Shown: positions 17,970-28,227, counted from the stretch's first letter. The stretch is 64,000 nucleotides of DNA from Verrucomicrobiia bacterium (GCA_963664225.1 OY760937.1:2112001-2176000), one strand, 5' to 3'. Numbers and translations: made by a program. The notes: generated from the letters alone by a model not told the origin.

Positions 17970-20606
17970 ATGCCCAGTTTTGAGAAGACGAGCCTTTGGA
18001 GAAACAGTTTTGAAAATCCTCAGTATCAACGTGAGGCTGAAGCGCTCGGTATCTTGCGCGAATCTTTGCGTGATATGCGTGGCCGGGCAGAAAATCTCGT
18101 ATCAAGGATTTCGCGTGATATTCCAGAATTAACAGTTCATGACGTGACGCATTTAGACGCCCTTTGGGAGATAGCAAGTTTAATTGCGGGAGACAATTAT
18201 CCGCTTAATCCCGCTGAGGCCTATGTGTTTGGTGGAGCAGTGCTTATACACGACTCCGCCATGTCTCTTGCCGCCTATCCAAATGGGTTAGGTGAAATTA
18301 AGAATACGCGAGAATGGCGCGATGCGGTTGCAAGCCGATTGAAAATGATCAGCAAGAAACCGATAAGCCGGGAACAAATTCTAAATCCGAGCGTTGAGGT
18401 TGAAAAGGCGGCCATTGCGGACTTTCTGCGTGAGGCTCATGCAAATCGCGCGAGGGACATAACTTCACTTAAATGGCCTACAACCGATGGCGGTTGTGAG
18501 TTTTTAATTCAAAAAAGCGAACTACGCGAAACCTACGGAGACATCATTGGGAGAATTGCGGCAAGTCATTGGTGGCCGATATCTCAACTTCATGATTTGC
18601 CTCCACGGGTTAATGCCGGCGACAATATTCCCGCTGCGTGGTTGGTGAACCCATTCAAGATAGCGTGCCTCTTACGAGTTGCTGATATTGCTCATATCGA
18701 TCACCGGCGTGCGCCAAAGTTCTTGCACGTAATCGTTAAGCCAAGTGCATCCTCTGATGCTCATTGGGTGTTTCAATCAAAAATTGGGAAACCGTCAATT
18801 GATCGGACTTTTCTCGTCTATACAGGTAGCCCATTCGACATTAACGAGGCCGAGGCTTGGTGGCTTGGTTATGACATGCTTTCGTCAATTGATGACGAAT
18901 TGCGCGCGGCTAACGGATTTTTGGATGGTCAGTCAATTCCTCTGTTTGCAGCGAGTGCCGTAAAGGGGGCCAAGCTGCCACTGGAAATTGCAAAAGTCAT
19001 TCCAACAAAAGGCTGGGTGCCGGTGAATACTGAATTGCGAGTTTCCAATGTTCCGTCGCTGGTCGAGTTGCTCGGAGGTGAGCGTCTTTATGGGGCTGAA
19101 CTTTCAGTACCGATACGTGAAATGATTCAAAACGCTGCCGATGCCATCGAAGCCAAACGTTTGGTCAGCGACGGCAATTCCGACACCGGCACAATCAGAG
19201 TCCATTTGCAGCGAACCTCTGATGGCGATTTTCTTGAATTCAGCGATAACGGAATTGGCATGTCTTCACGGGTACTTACTGGAGCTTTGTTGGATTTTGG
19301 TTGCTCTTTCTGGAAAAGCAGCTCAATCCGCCACGAGTTTCCAGGGCTTCTATCCAAAGGTTTGAAAACAACTGGACGCTTTGGCATCGGATTCTTTTCT
19401 ATTTTCATGTTGGGGGACCGCGTAACAGTCACAAGTCGACGATACGATTTAGCTGCTCATGATGCACATACGCTAGATTTCATAAACGGACTGCGAGCAC
19501 GTCCAATTCTCCGAGCACCTTCACCAGATGAGGCTATGCCTGACCCCGGAACACGAGTACGTGTGGTATTGCGTACACGATATGACGAACCGGGGGGGCT
19601 CCTATTCAAAGGAGCCTCTGGGGATAAGAAGAATATCGCCTCATTAAAGGACATAGTTACTTATGTTTCTCCAGCAGCGAATGCAACAATACGCGTTGAG
19701 GAGAATGAAAATATAGAAGTCGCTATTTCAGCTAATGACTGGCTTACAGCGGAACCTGCAATACTTACTGCACGTTTATCCAGCCCAATGAATACATGGC
19801 TAGAGCAAGATGTTACCGCACTACTTCCTCACTTACGACCACTGGTGGATCCCGACACGGAAGAAATTCACGGGCGCGCATTTATCTGTGCTGGCCGGAA
19901 ATACTTTCCGTCCGATGGTGTGGTAACCGTTGGTGGCTTTAGAGCATCAGTATTGCGAGATATCGTTGGAGTGCTTAATGGAGAACCAGAAACCGTTGCT
20001 CGCAATAGTGCGATGCCAACTGTCACAGCTTCGACACTTCGATCTTGGGCGACTGAACAAGCACAATTGATTGGGAATTCCAACATTTCCGACGCATACA
20101 AGCTTCGCACTGCCTCCGTTGTCATGCTTTGCGGGGGTAACGCATCATGTTTACCGGTTGTTGTTCACGATAATGAATGTCTTTTGACAGGATCGATTGA
20201 GGCCCTGTTGCGTAATCTTGACGAAGTTGAAGTATATGAAGGAGATGGAATAGAGTATGATGAAGACGACGATGTGCGGCCAAAGGAATTCGAAAATAAT
20301 TTCAACGTTTCTCCATCGTTATTTTTACTCCCCGATAATCTAGGGTATCTCCTGAAGGTTGGTGCTGAGAATTGGCCAGCTTGTATACCCGAGTTGTACT
20401 TACCTAATCAACCGAAATGCTGCGAAGATGTTTTTCACACAGCGATGGGCAACGCTTGGGGTTCTGTCCCAGATTACGACGAAGAATCTAGAGCGGTTGG
20501 CAATGTCAATAAAGATGACATTGTTCGGAACGTGCGCATCTATTCCCGTCCTTTAGATTTATCAGAATGCAAAGCTGCCCTAGATGCTCAGTTGGGCGAT
20601 TCCTGA
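17970..20606 (+). CDS. HD-domain (HD-CE-like) fused to HSP90-like GHKL ATPase
   Basis: TVHDVTH...LIHDSAM...H...SHW...LRVAD HD-type motifs; LYG..PIREMIQNAADA, DNGIGMS, GRFGIGFFS HSP90 boxes; lower GC. Confidence 0.85.
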   Translation: MPSFEKTSLWRNSFENPQYQREAEALGILRESLRDMRGRAENLVSRISRDIPELTVHDVTHLDALWEIASLIAGDNYPLNPAEAYVFGGAVLIHDSAMSLAAYPNGLGEIKNTREWRDAVASRLKMISKKPISREQILNPSVEVEKAAIADFLREAHANRARDITSLKWPTTDGGCEFLIQKSELRETYGDIIGRIAASHWWPISQLHDLPPRVNAGDNIPAAWLVNPFKIACLLRVADIAHIDHRRAPKFLHVIVKPSASSDAHWVFQSKIGKPSIDRTFLVYTGSPFDINEAEAWWLGYDMLSSIDDELRAANGFLDGQSIPLFAASAVKGAKLPLEIAKVIPTKGWVPVNTELRVSNVPSLVELLGGERLYGAELSVPIREMIQNAADAIEAKRLVSDGNSDTGTIRVHLQRTSDGDFLEFSDNGIGMSSRVLTGALLDFGCSFWKSSSIRHEFPGLLSKGLKTTGRFGIGFFSIFMLGDRVTVTSRRYDLAAHDAHTLDFINGLRARPILRAPSPDEAMPDPGTRVRVVLRTRYDEPGGLLFKGASGDKKNIASLKDIVTYVSPAANATIRVEENENIEVAISANDWLTAEPAILTARLSSPMNTWLEQDVTALLPHLRPLVDPDTEEIHGRAFICAGRKYFPSDGVVTVGGFRASVLRDIVGVLNGEPETVARNSAMPTVTASTLRSWATEQAQLIGNSNISDAYKLRTASVVMLCGGNASCLPVVVHDNECLLTGSIEALLRNLDEVEVYEGDGIEYDEDDDVRPKEFENNFNVSPSLFLLPDNLGYLLKVGAENWPACIPELYLPNQPKCCEDVFHTAMGNAWGSVPDYDEESRAVGNVNKDDIVRNVRIYSRPLDLSECKAALDAQLGDS

Positions 20607-20621
20607 TCCCGAAAAGTTAAC

Positions 20622-21962
20622 CTAGCTAACGATCCCCGCCGCGCAATTGTTCTGTAACTCGACAAGGTGCCCGTGCCACGACCCCATGTTCCCTAACAGA
20701 CCTGTAATCTGCGAAGCTTCCTCGCGTTTTTTTCTCGGCAAGCTTCCGAGCTCAAATACTTCGCAGGCACCGATTGTCAGGCGCTCCAATCCTTTCAACC
20801 GGTTAAGCAGGATCACAGCATCCTCAAATAGGACCCTACATGTGTTCGCGATATCCAGCGCCACTTGCTGCGCATATTCGCTCTCCTGGTCTCGCAGGTC
20901 GAAATCGGCTTCTTGCCCGAAAACGTACGAGACGTACTGGTCCATTAGTTTAACCGGAATGGTGCCTACCTGGATGGTAATCCTTTTAACGTCGTCAATG
21001 GCTCCGTCCCAAGCTAACTGCTTCATTTCGCGCTTCTTGGTCTCCGCCGCCATGCCTCCGAGAATACCGCCGGCAACCGCCCCAACCGCGCTGTTTGCGC
21101 CGTCAGAAAGCATGAACTCTAGACCTCCGCCAACAAACGCGCCCGCGATGGAGTGCTCCAATGTTGACGTGGACGCGAGCGCAATACCCAGACTGACAGC
21201 GTGCTCAGCGTAGCCACGAAGCGCCGATTCCAATTCCAGGAATGACTCCCTCCTGATAGAGGCCGCCAAGGAAGCCGTCGTCTGCATCCTAATGTCTTGC
21301 CGATTTGTCCTGCGCCGCACGGTTTCTGCGAGCGTCCCCGAGACAATTTCAATGAAGGCAGCCGAAAAGGCAAAAAAGTTGCTCAGAAAACCGGCGAACT
21401 CGGCGCGACAGTGGTTGGTTGCATTGCTTTGTTGGAGCGAATTAATGCCCCCAATCCGGAAAACCTCTCCTGTGTCCTTCAGCACCTTCTCGGAAAGGAC
21501 GTGGAAAGGAGCGGCGTATTGGACCAAGCCTGCGAGAATCGTCTTGGTGCCAAATTGGTACAGACTGGCGTGCTCAGACTCAAGTCTGTTGCGGCGAGGA
21601 TGGGTAATTGTCCTGGGAGTGCGTTCCTGTGGTTCCGCTGAACTGCAGTCCTTACGCATGCTAAACAGCGAAAGGAGGTCGAGGATGTCGGCGATGCGCG
21701 CCCACTGCTCCATTCCTGGTTGGCAATAATGGGTTTCGCTGTTGATTTCCCCTCGCTCAAGGAGGCCAGCAAGCTGTTCGATGCTATAAGGGCCTTGCTC
21801 CTTCTCGCTGACCAGTACGTAATACACTTCCGCGATTTTCGGAGGTTTCTCCGCGAGCTTTTGGCGGCTCTCAGCAGACGAAACAGGCGCGCCACAGCCC
21901 GGACAGGCAGCGGCCCTGTCGCTTATTTCGCGACCGCATTCTTCACATTTGATTAGCGACAT
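20622..21962 (-). CDS. Zinc-ribbon + GYF_2 (DUF4339)-like domain protein with glycine zipper
   Basis: CEECGREISDRAAACPGCG; QGPYSIEQL...GMEQW; GAVAGGILGG. Confidence 0.8.
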   Translation of the reverse strand: MSLIKCEECGREISDRAAACPGCGAPVSSAESRQKLAEKPPKIAEVYYVLVSEKEQGPYSIEQLAGLLERGEINSETHYCQPGMEQWARIADILDLLSLFSMRKDCSSAEPQERTPRTITHPRRNRLESEHASLYQFGTKTILAGLVQYAAPFHVLSEKVLKDTGEVFRIGGINSLQQSNATNHCRAEFAGFLSNFFAFSAAFIEIVSGTLAETVRRRTNRQDIRMQTTASLAASIRRESFLELESALRGYAEHAVSLGIALASTSTLEHSIAGAFVGGGLEFMLSDGANSAVGAVAGGILGGMAAETKKREMKQLAWDGAIDDVKRITIQVGTIPVKLMDQYVSYVFGQEADFDLRDQESEYAQQVALDIANTCRVLFEDAVILLNRLKGLERLTIGACEVFELGSLPRKKREEASQITGLLGNMGSWHGHLVELQNNCAAGIVS

Positions 21963-22363
21963 AAAGGTAAATGGGGCACTCCACTGTTTCGCTCATTCTC
22001 CTCAGATTTGTGCGTTGATGATTGAGGGGGCAAGGCGTGGTGCTTTGATCGGTTTCATGTTTCACGCGTGGTGGATTATCCATGATTAATCACACGGCAA
22101 ATCACCCCCCGGATATTGGATGTGGACTGGCATGGACATAGCGCGGCTATTAGTTCACAAAGGGGAACTTCTGTCAAAAAGCATTGTGAGGCGATGTGCA
22201 AAGCGGGTGCAGGGCAAAACTCGGGCGTGTGGAAAACACGTATGGCGGTGCACGGATTGTATATCGGTTTTGCGGCAAGGGCAGAAACAGCGTGCGGGGC
22301 TGGCGGTGCATTTGAGAACGTTGGATTTAAGAATGTCGTAAGCCGGTCAGGAGACCGGCGCTC

Positions 22364-24242
22364 GTGTGTCTGGCAGGTATTGGATCTATTGGGATGAAAG
22401 GAGCCCAACGGGGGCGGTGACGCCAACCGTAGCCGCAGGCCAGGTTCGATCCGCGAGGGTCGGGCGCGAAAGGGCCGAGAGCAAAGGCGCGACCGTAGGA
22501 ACACGAACGGGCAGTGAGGCCGGGTGCGTGGGTTAGCTGGCGAGTAACGGCGAAACCCAAAGGTCATCCAAACGCATCAGGTAGAGCCCGGCGGCGCGCG
22601 CCGACAGAGTCAATACCGACCCAGAGAGATCTGTCCCGTGAGAGCGGGACAGAAGTCAGCAGAGGCCATAGTAGTGATGAGGCCCGGTGAAAGCCGGGAG
22701 GAGCGAAGGGCCCAAGAACAGCAATGGACAGAGCTAGAGGCCAAACCTGGTCAGGACCCGGAAGCTAACCGAAACGACGGGATGCGACAACTGCGGTCAC
22801 TACCCCGCTCGGCAACGCGACTCAGATGCGGTGGAACCGCGGCGAGGGTCGTCAGTGGGAGGCAAGGGCGCCTGGCTGCGGGAGCCGGAAAGAAAGCAAT
22901 GTATGAGGAACTGATGGAACGGGTGGTTACGCAGGAGAATGCCACGGCAGCCTGGCTGGCGGTCAAACGCAACGGAGGCTCGCCTGGGATCGACGGCATG
23001 ACCACGCAACAGTTGCGCGACCATATTCGGGCGCACTGGGAAACCCTTGCCGGGAAACTGTTGGCTGGGAGCTATGCGCCCAGTCCGGTCCGGCGGGTGG
23101 AGATTCCAAAGCCCAATGGCGGGAAACGGATGCTGGGCATACCGACCGTGCAGGATCGCTGGATACAGCAAATGCTTTTGCAGGTGCTGCAGCCCATATT
23201 CGATCCGACGTTCAGTGAGCACAGCTACGGATTTCGTCCGGGGCGCAGTGCGCACGATGCGGTCAAGGCCGCGCAGGGGTATGTTCGCACGGGCAAGAGT
23301 TGGGTGGTGGACATGGACATCACCAAATTCTTTGACCGCGTCAACCACGACATTCTCATGACCCGGATTGGACAGACGATCCGGGACAAACGGGTGTTGC
23401 GGCTGATCGGACGATACCTGCGCGCGGGAGTCATGAGTGAAGGAGTGGTGATCGCCAGTGAGGAGGGCACGCCGCAAGGCGGGCCGCTCTCCCCACTGCT
23501 GGCCAACCTCTACCTGCACGCGCTGGACCAGGAATTGGAACGGCGCGGGCTGGATTTCTGCCGATATGCCGACGACTGCAACATATATGTGAGCAGCCGC
23601 CGGGCGGCGGAACGGGTTCTGGCTGGTCTGGTCCAATGGATCGGGCGGGAGCTGCGCTTGGAAGTCAACGCGACCAAGAGCGGCGCGGGACGTCCCTGGG
23701 AACGAAAGTTCCTGGGATTTCGGATCAATCCGCAGGGAGAGATCGAGATTGCCCCGCAAAGTCTGGAACGGTTTGAGCAGAAAGTCCGGGAACTATGGCG
23801 AAGCTGCCAGAGTCTGAGCAGTGCACAACTGCGAGACCGCTGGTGCGCGTATGTGCGGGGATGGTGGGCTTACTACCACCTGGCCGAACAACGCCGGGAG
23901 CTCCCTGGGCTCGAAGGCTGGATTCGCCGTCACATTCGCCGCTGCTTTTGGGAGCGGTGGCATGACTGGAAAGGTCGTTTGCGCCATTTGCGGCACTTGG
24001 GGTTGCGGGGACGCCTGCTCAAGGCGGCCCAAAGCTCCAAGGGAAGCTGGCACCTGGCGGCAACACCCAGTCTGCAAAAGGCCCTGAGCAACGCAGTCCT
24101 TCGCCACCACGGCTTCCTGCTACCATCTGACCTTGCGGCCACTATGTAGAAGGCCGCCCTGTTCAACCGCCGGATGCGAGAAAACCGCACGTCCGGTGGT
24201 GTGGGAGGGTGCCGGGGCGAAATCCCTGGCACCCGACCCGAT
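22364..24242 (+). mobile_element. Group IIC intron, complete
   Basis: Starts GTGTG, ends CCCGAT; short domain V with CGC triad (AACCGCCGGATGCG...CGCACGTCCGGTGGT); removal restores GGCGCTC|CGAAGAC as seen at 26226 and 28599. Confidence 0.93.
22899..24149 (+). CDS. ltrA: Group II intron reverse transcriptase/maturase (no En domain)
   Basis: PGIDG, RMLGIPTVQDR, SYGFRPGRS, GTPQGGPLSPLLAN, RYADD, FLGF; frame open upstream to 22638. Confidence 0.95.
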   Translation: MYEELMERVVTQENATAAWLAVKRNGGSPGIDGMTTQQLRDHIRAHWETLAGKLLAGSYAPSPVRRVEIPKPNGGKRMLGIPTVQDRWIQQMLLQVLQPIFDPTFSEHSYGFRPGRSAHDAVKAAQGYVRTGKSWVVDMDITKFFDRVNHDILMTRIGQTIRDKRVLRLIGRYLRAGVMSEGVVIASEEGTPQGGPLSPLLANLYLHALDQELERRGLDFCRYADDCNIYVSSRRAAERVLAGLVQWIGRELRLEVNATKSGAGRPWERKFLGFRINPQGEIEIAPQSLERFEQKVRELWRSCQSLSSAQLRDRWCAYVRGWWAYYHLAEQRRELPGLEGWIRRHIRRCFWERWHDWKGRLRHLRHLGLRGRLLKAAQSSKGSWHLAATPSLQKALSNAVLRHHGFLLPSDLAATM

Positions 24243-24491
24243 CGAAGACATCAGCGTGCGGGAATTGGATTTTAGCCATGAACGACACGAAATATCCGAA
24301 ATGGAAAAAAGAGCCTCACCCCGCCCCTCTCCATCTGGCGACGGAGAGGGAGTAGTATTGGACGGTTCTGAGGCGATTGGGCGGTTGGGAAGGTGCCGCC
24401 GCGTGGGGTTAATTGAGGGAAGATTGGATCATTGACTCTAGCGAGGGCAAAGGCGGCGTGCTTTGAGTTTCAGATAGGCACGCTTCGGACT

Positions 24492-25184
24492 TTAGCTCAT
24501 CACACACCTATTGCGCCACACGAACCGTCCTGCCATGGCGAGTGCGCTCATTGCAAAAAGGCCTGCCGTGCCGGGTTCGGGAACGGCCTCCGTGGAAAAT
24601 TGAATATCGTCGATGATGGCTCTACCACCATAAGATTCCGTAAACCGTAATTCACCGGTTTGGCCAGCATAAGATGAAATGTCTGCGGCGCAAATGTCGA
24701 AGCCAGGTTCAGACCAGATTACAGTGTAAGGCAGAACATTTCCTTGAAAGCTTACATAGAAATATCCAACTTGTTCATCTCTAAGCAAAAAAACCACGGA
24801 CAGCGAGTTCATCGGTATTAATCCCGTTTGTCCTATGGATGCCGGACCGCCTCCAAGTGGTCTTCCCTCGAGTCCAACTGAATATTGGCCGTCCAATGGA
24901 GCAAAACCATGGGGAAAATTGGTGTCATTGATGGAAATTGCTGCTGCGATTGCAGCCGCATTATCATAGTAGATTGTGTGCGTTGGAACATTATTGAAAT
25001 ATGCATTCCATCCCGGTATACCTTTTTCAACAGGAACCAAGGGGTAGGTTGGATAATACCCCCCTAGATCCGCTGATTCAAAATCCATATTCTGGAAAGT
25101 CCCCTGCCCAACCGCTGTGAGGGCGGTCAGACAAAATACCGAGAGGCTCGTCAAAGCCAATAGATGATGATGGATGTGTTTCAT
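24492..25184 (-). CDS. PEP-CTERM protein (paralog B)
   Basis: Signal peptide, FQNMDFE, C-terminal VPEP-TM-basic tail. Confidence 0.9.
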   Translation of the reverse strand: MKHIHHHLLALTSLSVFCLTALTAVGQGTFQNMDFESADLGGYYPTYPLVPVEKGIPGWNAYFNNVPTHTIYYDNAAAIAAAISINDTNFPHGFAPLDGQYSVGLEGRPLGGGPASIGQTGLIPMNSLSVVFLLRDEQVGYFYVSFQGNVLPYTVIWSEPGFDICAADISSYAGQTGELRFTESYGGRAIIDDIQFSTEAVPEPGTAGLFAMSALAMAGRFVWRNRCVMS

Positions 25185-25849
25185 TTGGTCCTGGAGTGAC
25201 GCCGCCAAAAAAGCAACGAACTGCCAAAAACCGACAAAACCAATGTGTTTGGCTCTGGCACGGCCTGCGTGGAAAATTGAATATCGTCGATGATGGCTCT
25301 GCCACCATAGGATTCCATAAACCGTAACTCACCGGTTTGGCCGACATACGATGAAATGTCTGCGGCGCAAATGTCGAAGCCAGACTCAGACCATATTACA
25401 GTGTAAGGGAGAATGTTACCTTTGAAACTCACATCAAATCTTTGAGGGCTTTCTCCTCTGAATAAGAACACCACTGAAAGCGAATTGAGTGGGATTTGCC
25501 CGGTCTGCGCTATCGATGCACTTCCCGCAAATCCTTGAATACCGACAGAATATTGCCCGTCAAGAGGAACAAAACCATATACGTAATTGGTATCATTAAC
25601 CGCAATAACGGGTCCACCTAAACTTGTATTATCGTACCAGACCGAGTATGTTTGAACGTCATCGTAATAAGCATTCCATCCCGGCAATGCTTTATCTACT
25701 GGAATCGGATAGCCAAATGGATATTCTGATACATTTGCCGCTTCAAAATCCATGTTCTGGAATGCACCAAACGCCTGTATTGAAATTGCAACCTGTAGAA
25801 TTGCGATAAAAGAAAGGGATGATTTAAATATTCTCATGGCAGGGGCCAC
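25181..25849 (-). CDS. PEP-CTERM protein (paralog A)
   Basis: Signal peptide, FQNMDFE, VPEPNTLVL...WRRHSRTK. Confidence 0.9.
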   Translation of the reverse strand: MAPAMRIFKSSLSFIAILQVAISIQAFGAFQNMDFEAANVSEYPFGYPIPVDKALPGWNAYYDDVQTYSVWYDNTSLGGPVIAVNDTNYVYGFVPLDGQYSVGIQGFAGSASIAQTGQIPLNSLSVVFLFRGESPQRFDVSFKGNILPYTVIWSESGFDICAADISSYVGQTGELRFMESYGGRAIIDDIQFSTQAVPEPNTLVLSVFGSSLLFWRRHSRTK

Positions 25850-25854
25850 CCAGA

Positions 25855-26855
25855 GTTTCGCTCATTCTTATCAGATTTGTGCGTTGATGATTGAGGGGGC
25901 AAGGCGTGGTGCTTTGATCGGTTCCATTTTTTACGTGCGGTGGATTATCCATGATTAATCACAAGGTAAATCGTCCCCCGGATATTGGATGTGGATTGGC
26001 ATGGACATAACGCGGCTATTAGTTCACAGAGGGGAACTTCTGTCAAAAAGCATTGTGAGGCGATGTGCAAAGAGGGTGCAGGGCAAAACTCGGACGTGTG
26101 GAAAACAGGTATGGCGGTACGCGGATTGTATATCGGTTTTGCGGCAAGGGCAGAAACAGCGTGCGGGGATCACGGTGCATTTGAGAACGTTGGATTTAAG
26201 AATGTCGTAAGCCGGTCAGGAGACCGGCGCTCCGAAGACATCAGCGTGCGGGAATTGGATTTTAACCACGAACGACACGAAATATGCGAAATGGAAAAAA
26301 GAGCCTCACCCCGTCCCTCTCCATCTGGCGTAGGAGAGGGAGGAGTATTGGACGGTTCTGAAGCGATTGGGAGGTTGGGAAGGTGCCACCGCGTGGGGTT
26401 GACGGGGGCAGAATGGATGATGGGAAGAATGGAAAATGGATAATGAAACAAAAAGGCATTGACGCACGCCCTCATCCCGGCCTTCTCCCCCAGGAGAAGG
26501 AGAAGTATTGCGAGTTATGGTTTTATTGAACGGTTAGGAAGGTGCCGCCGCGTGGGATTTGAGTGCGGGGGGATGGAACAAAAACATGGCATGCCACGAG
26601 GCGTGCGAAATGCATTAAATGTGATGCGGGCAGCGGGGTTTTCACGGTCGGCCTCCGGGTGAACTAAAGAAAAAGAGAGCCTCACCCCGCCCCTCTCCTT
26701 CTGGCGACGGAGAGGGAGTAGTATTGGACGGTTCTGAGGCGATTGGGCGGTTGGGAAGGTGCCGCCGCGTGGGGTTGGTTGAGGGAAGAGTGGATCATTG
26801 ACACTAGAGGGCAAAGGCGGCGTGCTTTGAGTTTCAGATAGGCACGCCTCGGACT
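25855..26855. repeat. Leader repeat copy 2 plus extra REP-like palindromes
   Basis: Near-identical to copies 1 and 3; CCTCACCCCG.CCCTCTCC...GGAGAGGG palindromes at ~26303, 26470, 26680. Confidence 0.9.
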
Positions 26856-27539
26856 TTAGCTCCTCACACTTTTCTTGCGCCACAAGAACCGTCCGGACAT
26901 GGCGAGTGCGCCCATTGTAAAAAGGGCTGCCGTGCCTGGTTCGGGAACGGCCTGCGTGGAAAATTGAATGTCGTCGAGGATGGCTCTACCTCCATAGGAT
27001 TCCGTAAACCGCAACTCACCGGTCTGGCCGGCATACGATGAAATGTCTGCGGCGCAAATGTCGAAACCAGGCTCAGACCAGATTACACTGTAAGGCAGAA
27101 CATTTCCTTTGAAACTTACATAGAAATATCCAACTTGTTCATCTCTAAGCAAAAAAACCACGGACAGCGAGTTCATCGGTATTAATCCCGTTTGTCCTAT
27201 GGATGCCGGACCGCCTCCAAGTGGTCTTCCCTCGAGTCCAACTGAATATTGGCCGTCCAATGGAGCAAAACCATAGGGAAAATTGGTGTCATTGATGGAA
27301 ATTGCTGCTGCGATTGCAGCCGCATTATCATAGTAGATTGTGTGCGTTGGAACATTATTGAAATATGCATTCCATCCCGGTATACCTTTTTCAACAGGAA
27401 CCAAGGGGTAGGTTGGATAATACCCCCCTAGATCCGCTGATTCAAAATCCATATTCTGGAAAGTCCCCTGCCCAACCGCTGTGAGGGCGGTCAGACAAAA
27501 TACTGTGAGGCTCGTCAAAGCCAACAGATGATGATGCAT
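26856..27539 (-). CDS. PEP-CTERM protein (paralog B', near-identical to B)
   Basis: Core almost identical to 24492-25184; start shifted to MHHHLL. Confidence 0.9.
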   Translation of the reverse strand: MHHHLLALTSLTVFCLTALTAVGQGTFQNMDFESADLGGYYPTYPLVPVEKGIPGWNAYFNNVPTHTIYYDNAAAIAAAISINDTNFPYGFAPLDGQYSVGLEGRPLGGGPASIGQTGLIPMNSLSVVFLLRDEQVGYFYVSFKGNVLPYSVIWSEPGFDICAADISSYAGQTGELRFTESYGGRAILDDIQFSTQAVPEPGTAALFTMGALAMSGRFLWRKKSVRS

Positions 27540-27544
27540 GTTTT

Positions 27545-28222
27545 TTATTTGGTCCTGGAGTGACACCGCCAAAAAAGCAACAAACTGCCTAAAACCGACA
27601 AAACCAATGTGTTTGGCTCTGGCACGGCCTCCGTGGAGAATTGAATGTCGTCGAGGACATTGCATCCTGAGTTTTCCGTAAACCTCAATTCTCCTGTTTT
27701 GCCATCGTATGAGGAAATATCGGCATTATAGATGTCGAAGTTAGGCTCTGACCATGTTTTAACATATGGAAGCACATTTCCATCAAAGGTTACCACTAAT
27801 GTTCCCTCGCTGATATTTCTAACAAGAAACACCACTGACAATGATCCTGCAGGAATCGTCCCAGTTTGCGCTATGGATACAGGAAATGTCCTAGCATCAA
27901 GACTTGCAGAATAGTTGCCATCCATTGATGCGATATATGGATCATCCGGCGAATTATTGTCAAATAATGATATTAACGAAGATCCTAAGCTGCGATTGTT
28001 GTACCACACATAACTCGTTTGCTCGCCTCCATAATATGCACTCCAACCAGGCAACACATCACTTATAGGAAATGGGCCAAGATCAGGCTGTGGATACTTT
28101 GAAATATTTGCAGATTCAAAGTCCAAGTTCTGGAAAGCCCCAAACGCTTGTATTGAATTCACAATCTGCAGAATTGCGATAAAAGAAAGGGATGATTTAA
28201 TTTTTCGCATAGCAGGGGTCAC
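27545..28222 (-). CDS. PEP-CTERM protein (paralog A')
   Basis: Same signal peptide and tail as paralog A, divergent core. Confidence 0.9.
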   Translation of the reverse strand: MTPAMRKIKSSLSFIAILQIVNSIQAFGAFQNLDFESANISKYPQPDLGPFPISDVLPGWSAYYGGEQTSYVWYNNRSLGSSLISLFDNNSPDDPYIASMDGNYSASLDARTFPVSIAQTGTIPAGSLSVVFLVRNISEGTLVVTFDGNVLPYVKTWSEPNFDIYNADISSYDGKTGELRFTENSGCNVLDDIQFSTEAVPEPNTLVLSVLGSLLLFWRCHSRTK

Positions 28223-28227
28223 CCAGA

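Larger units (their letters stand above)
21986..24490. repeat. Leader repeat copy 1 (interrupted by group II intron)
   Basis: 21986-22363 plus 24243-~24410 align with the copies at 25855 and 28228; 24310-24490 also matches 26675-26856. Confidence 0.9.

Noticed and set aside
25985..26443. Plus-strand ORFs in leader repeats (also 22116, 28358) as a real gene family
   Set aside because: Stops and lengths differ between copies, frames run through palindromes, and no protein motif is visible.
22638..28222. Diversity-generating retroelement (RT next to repeated, variable genes)
   Set aside because: The RT has YADD and lies within clear group II intron ends with domains V/VI. Differences between paralogs are not adenine-specific, and no Avd-like gene is present.
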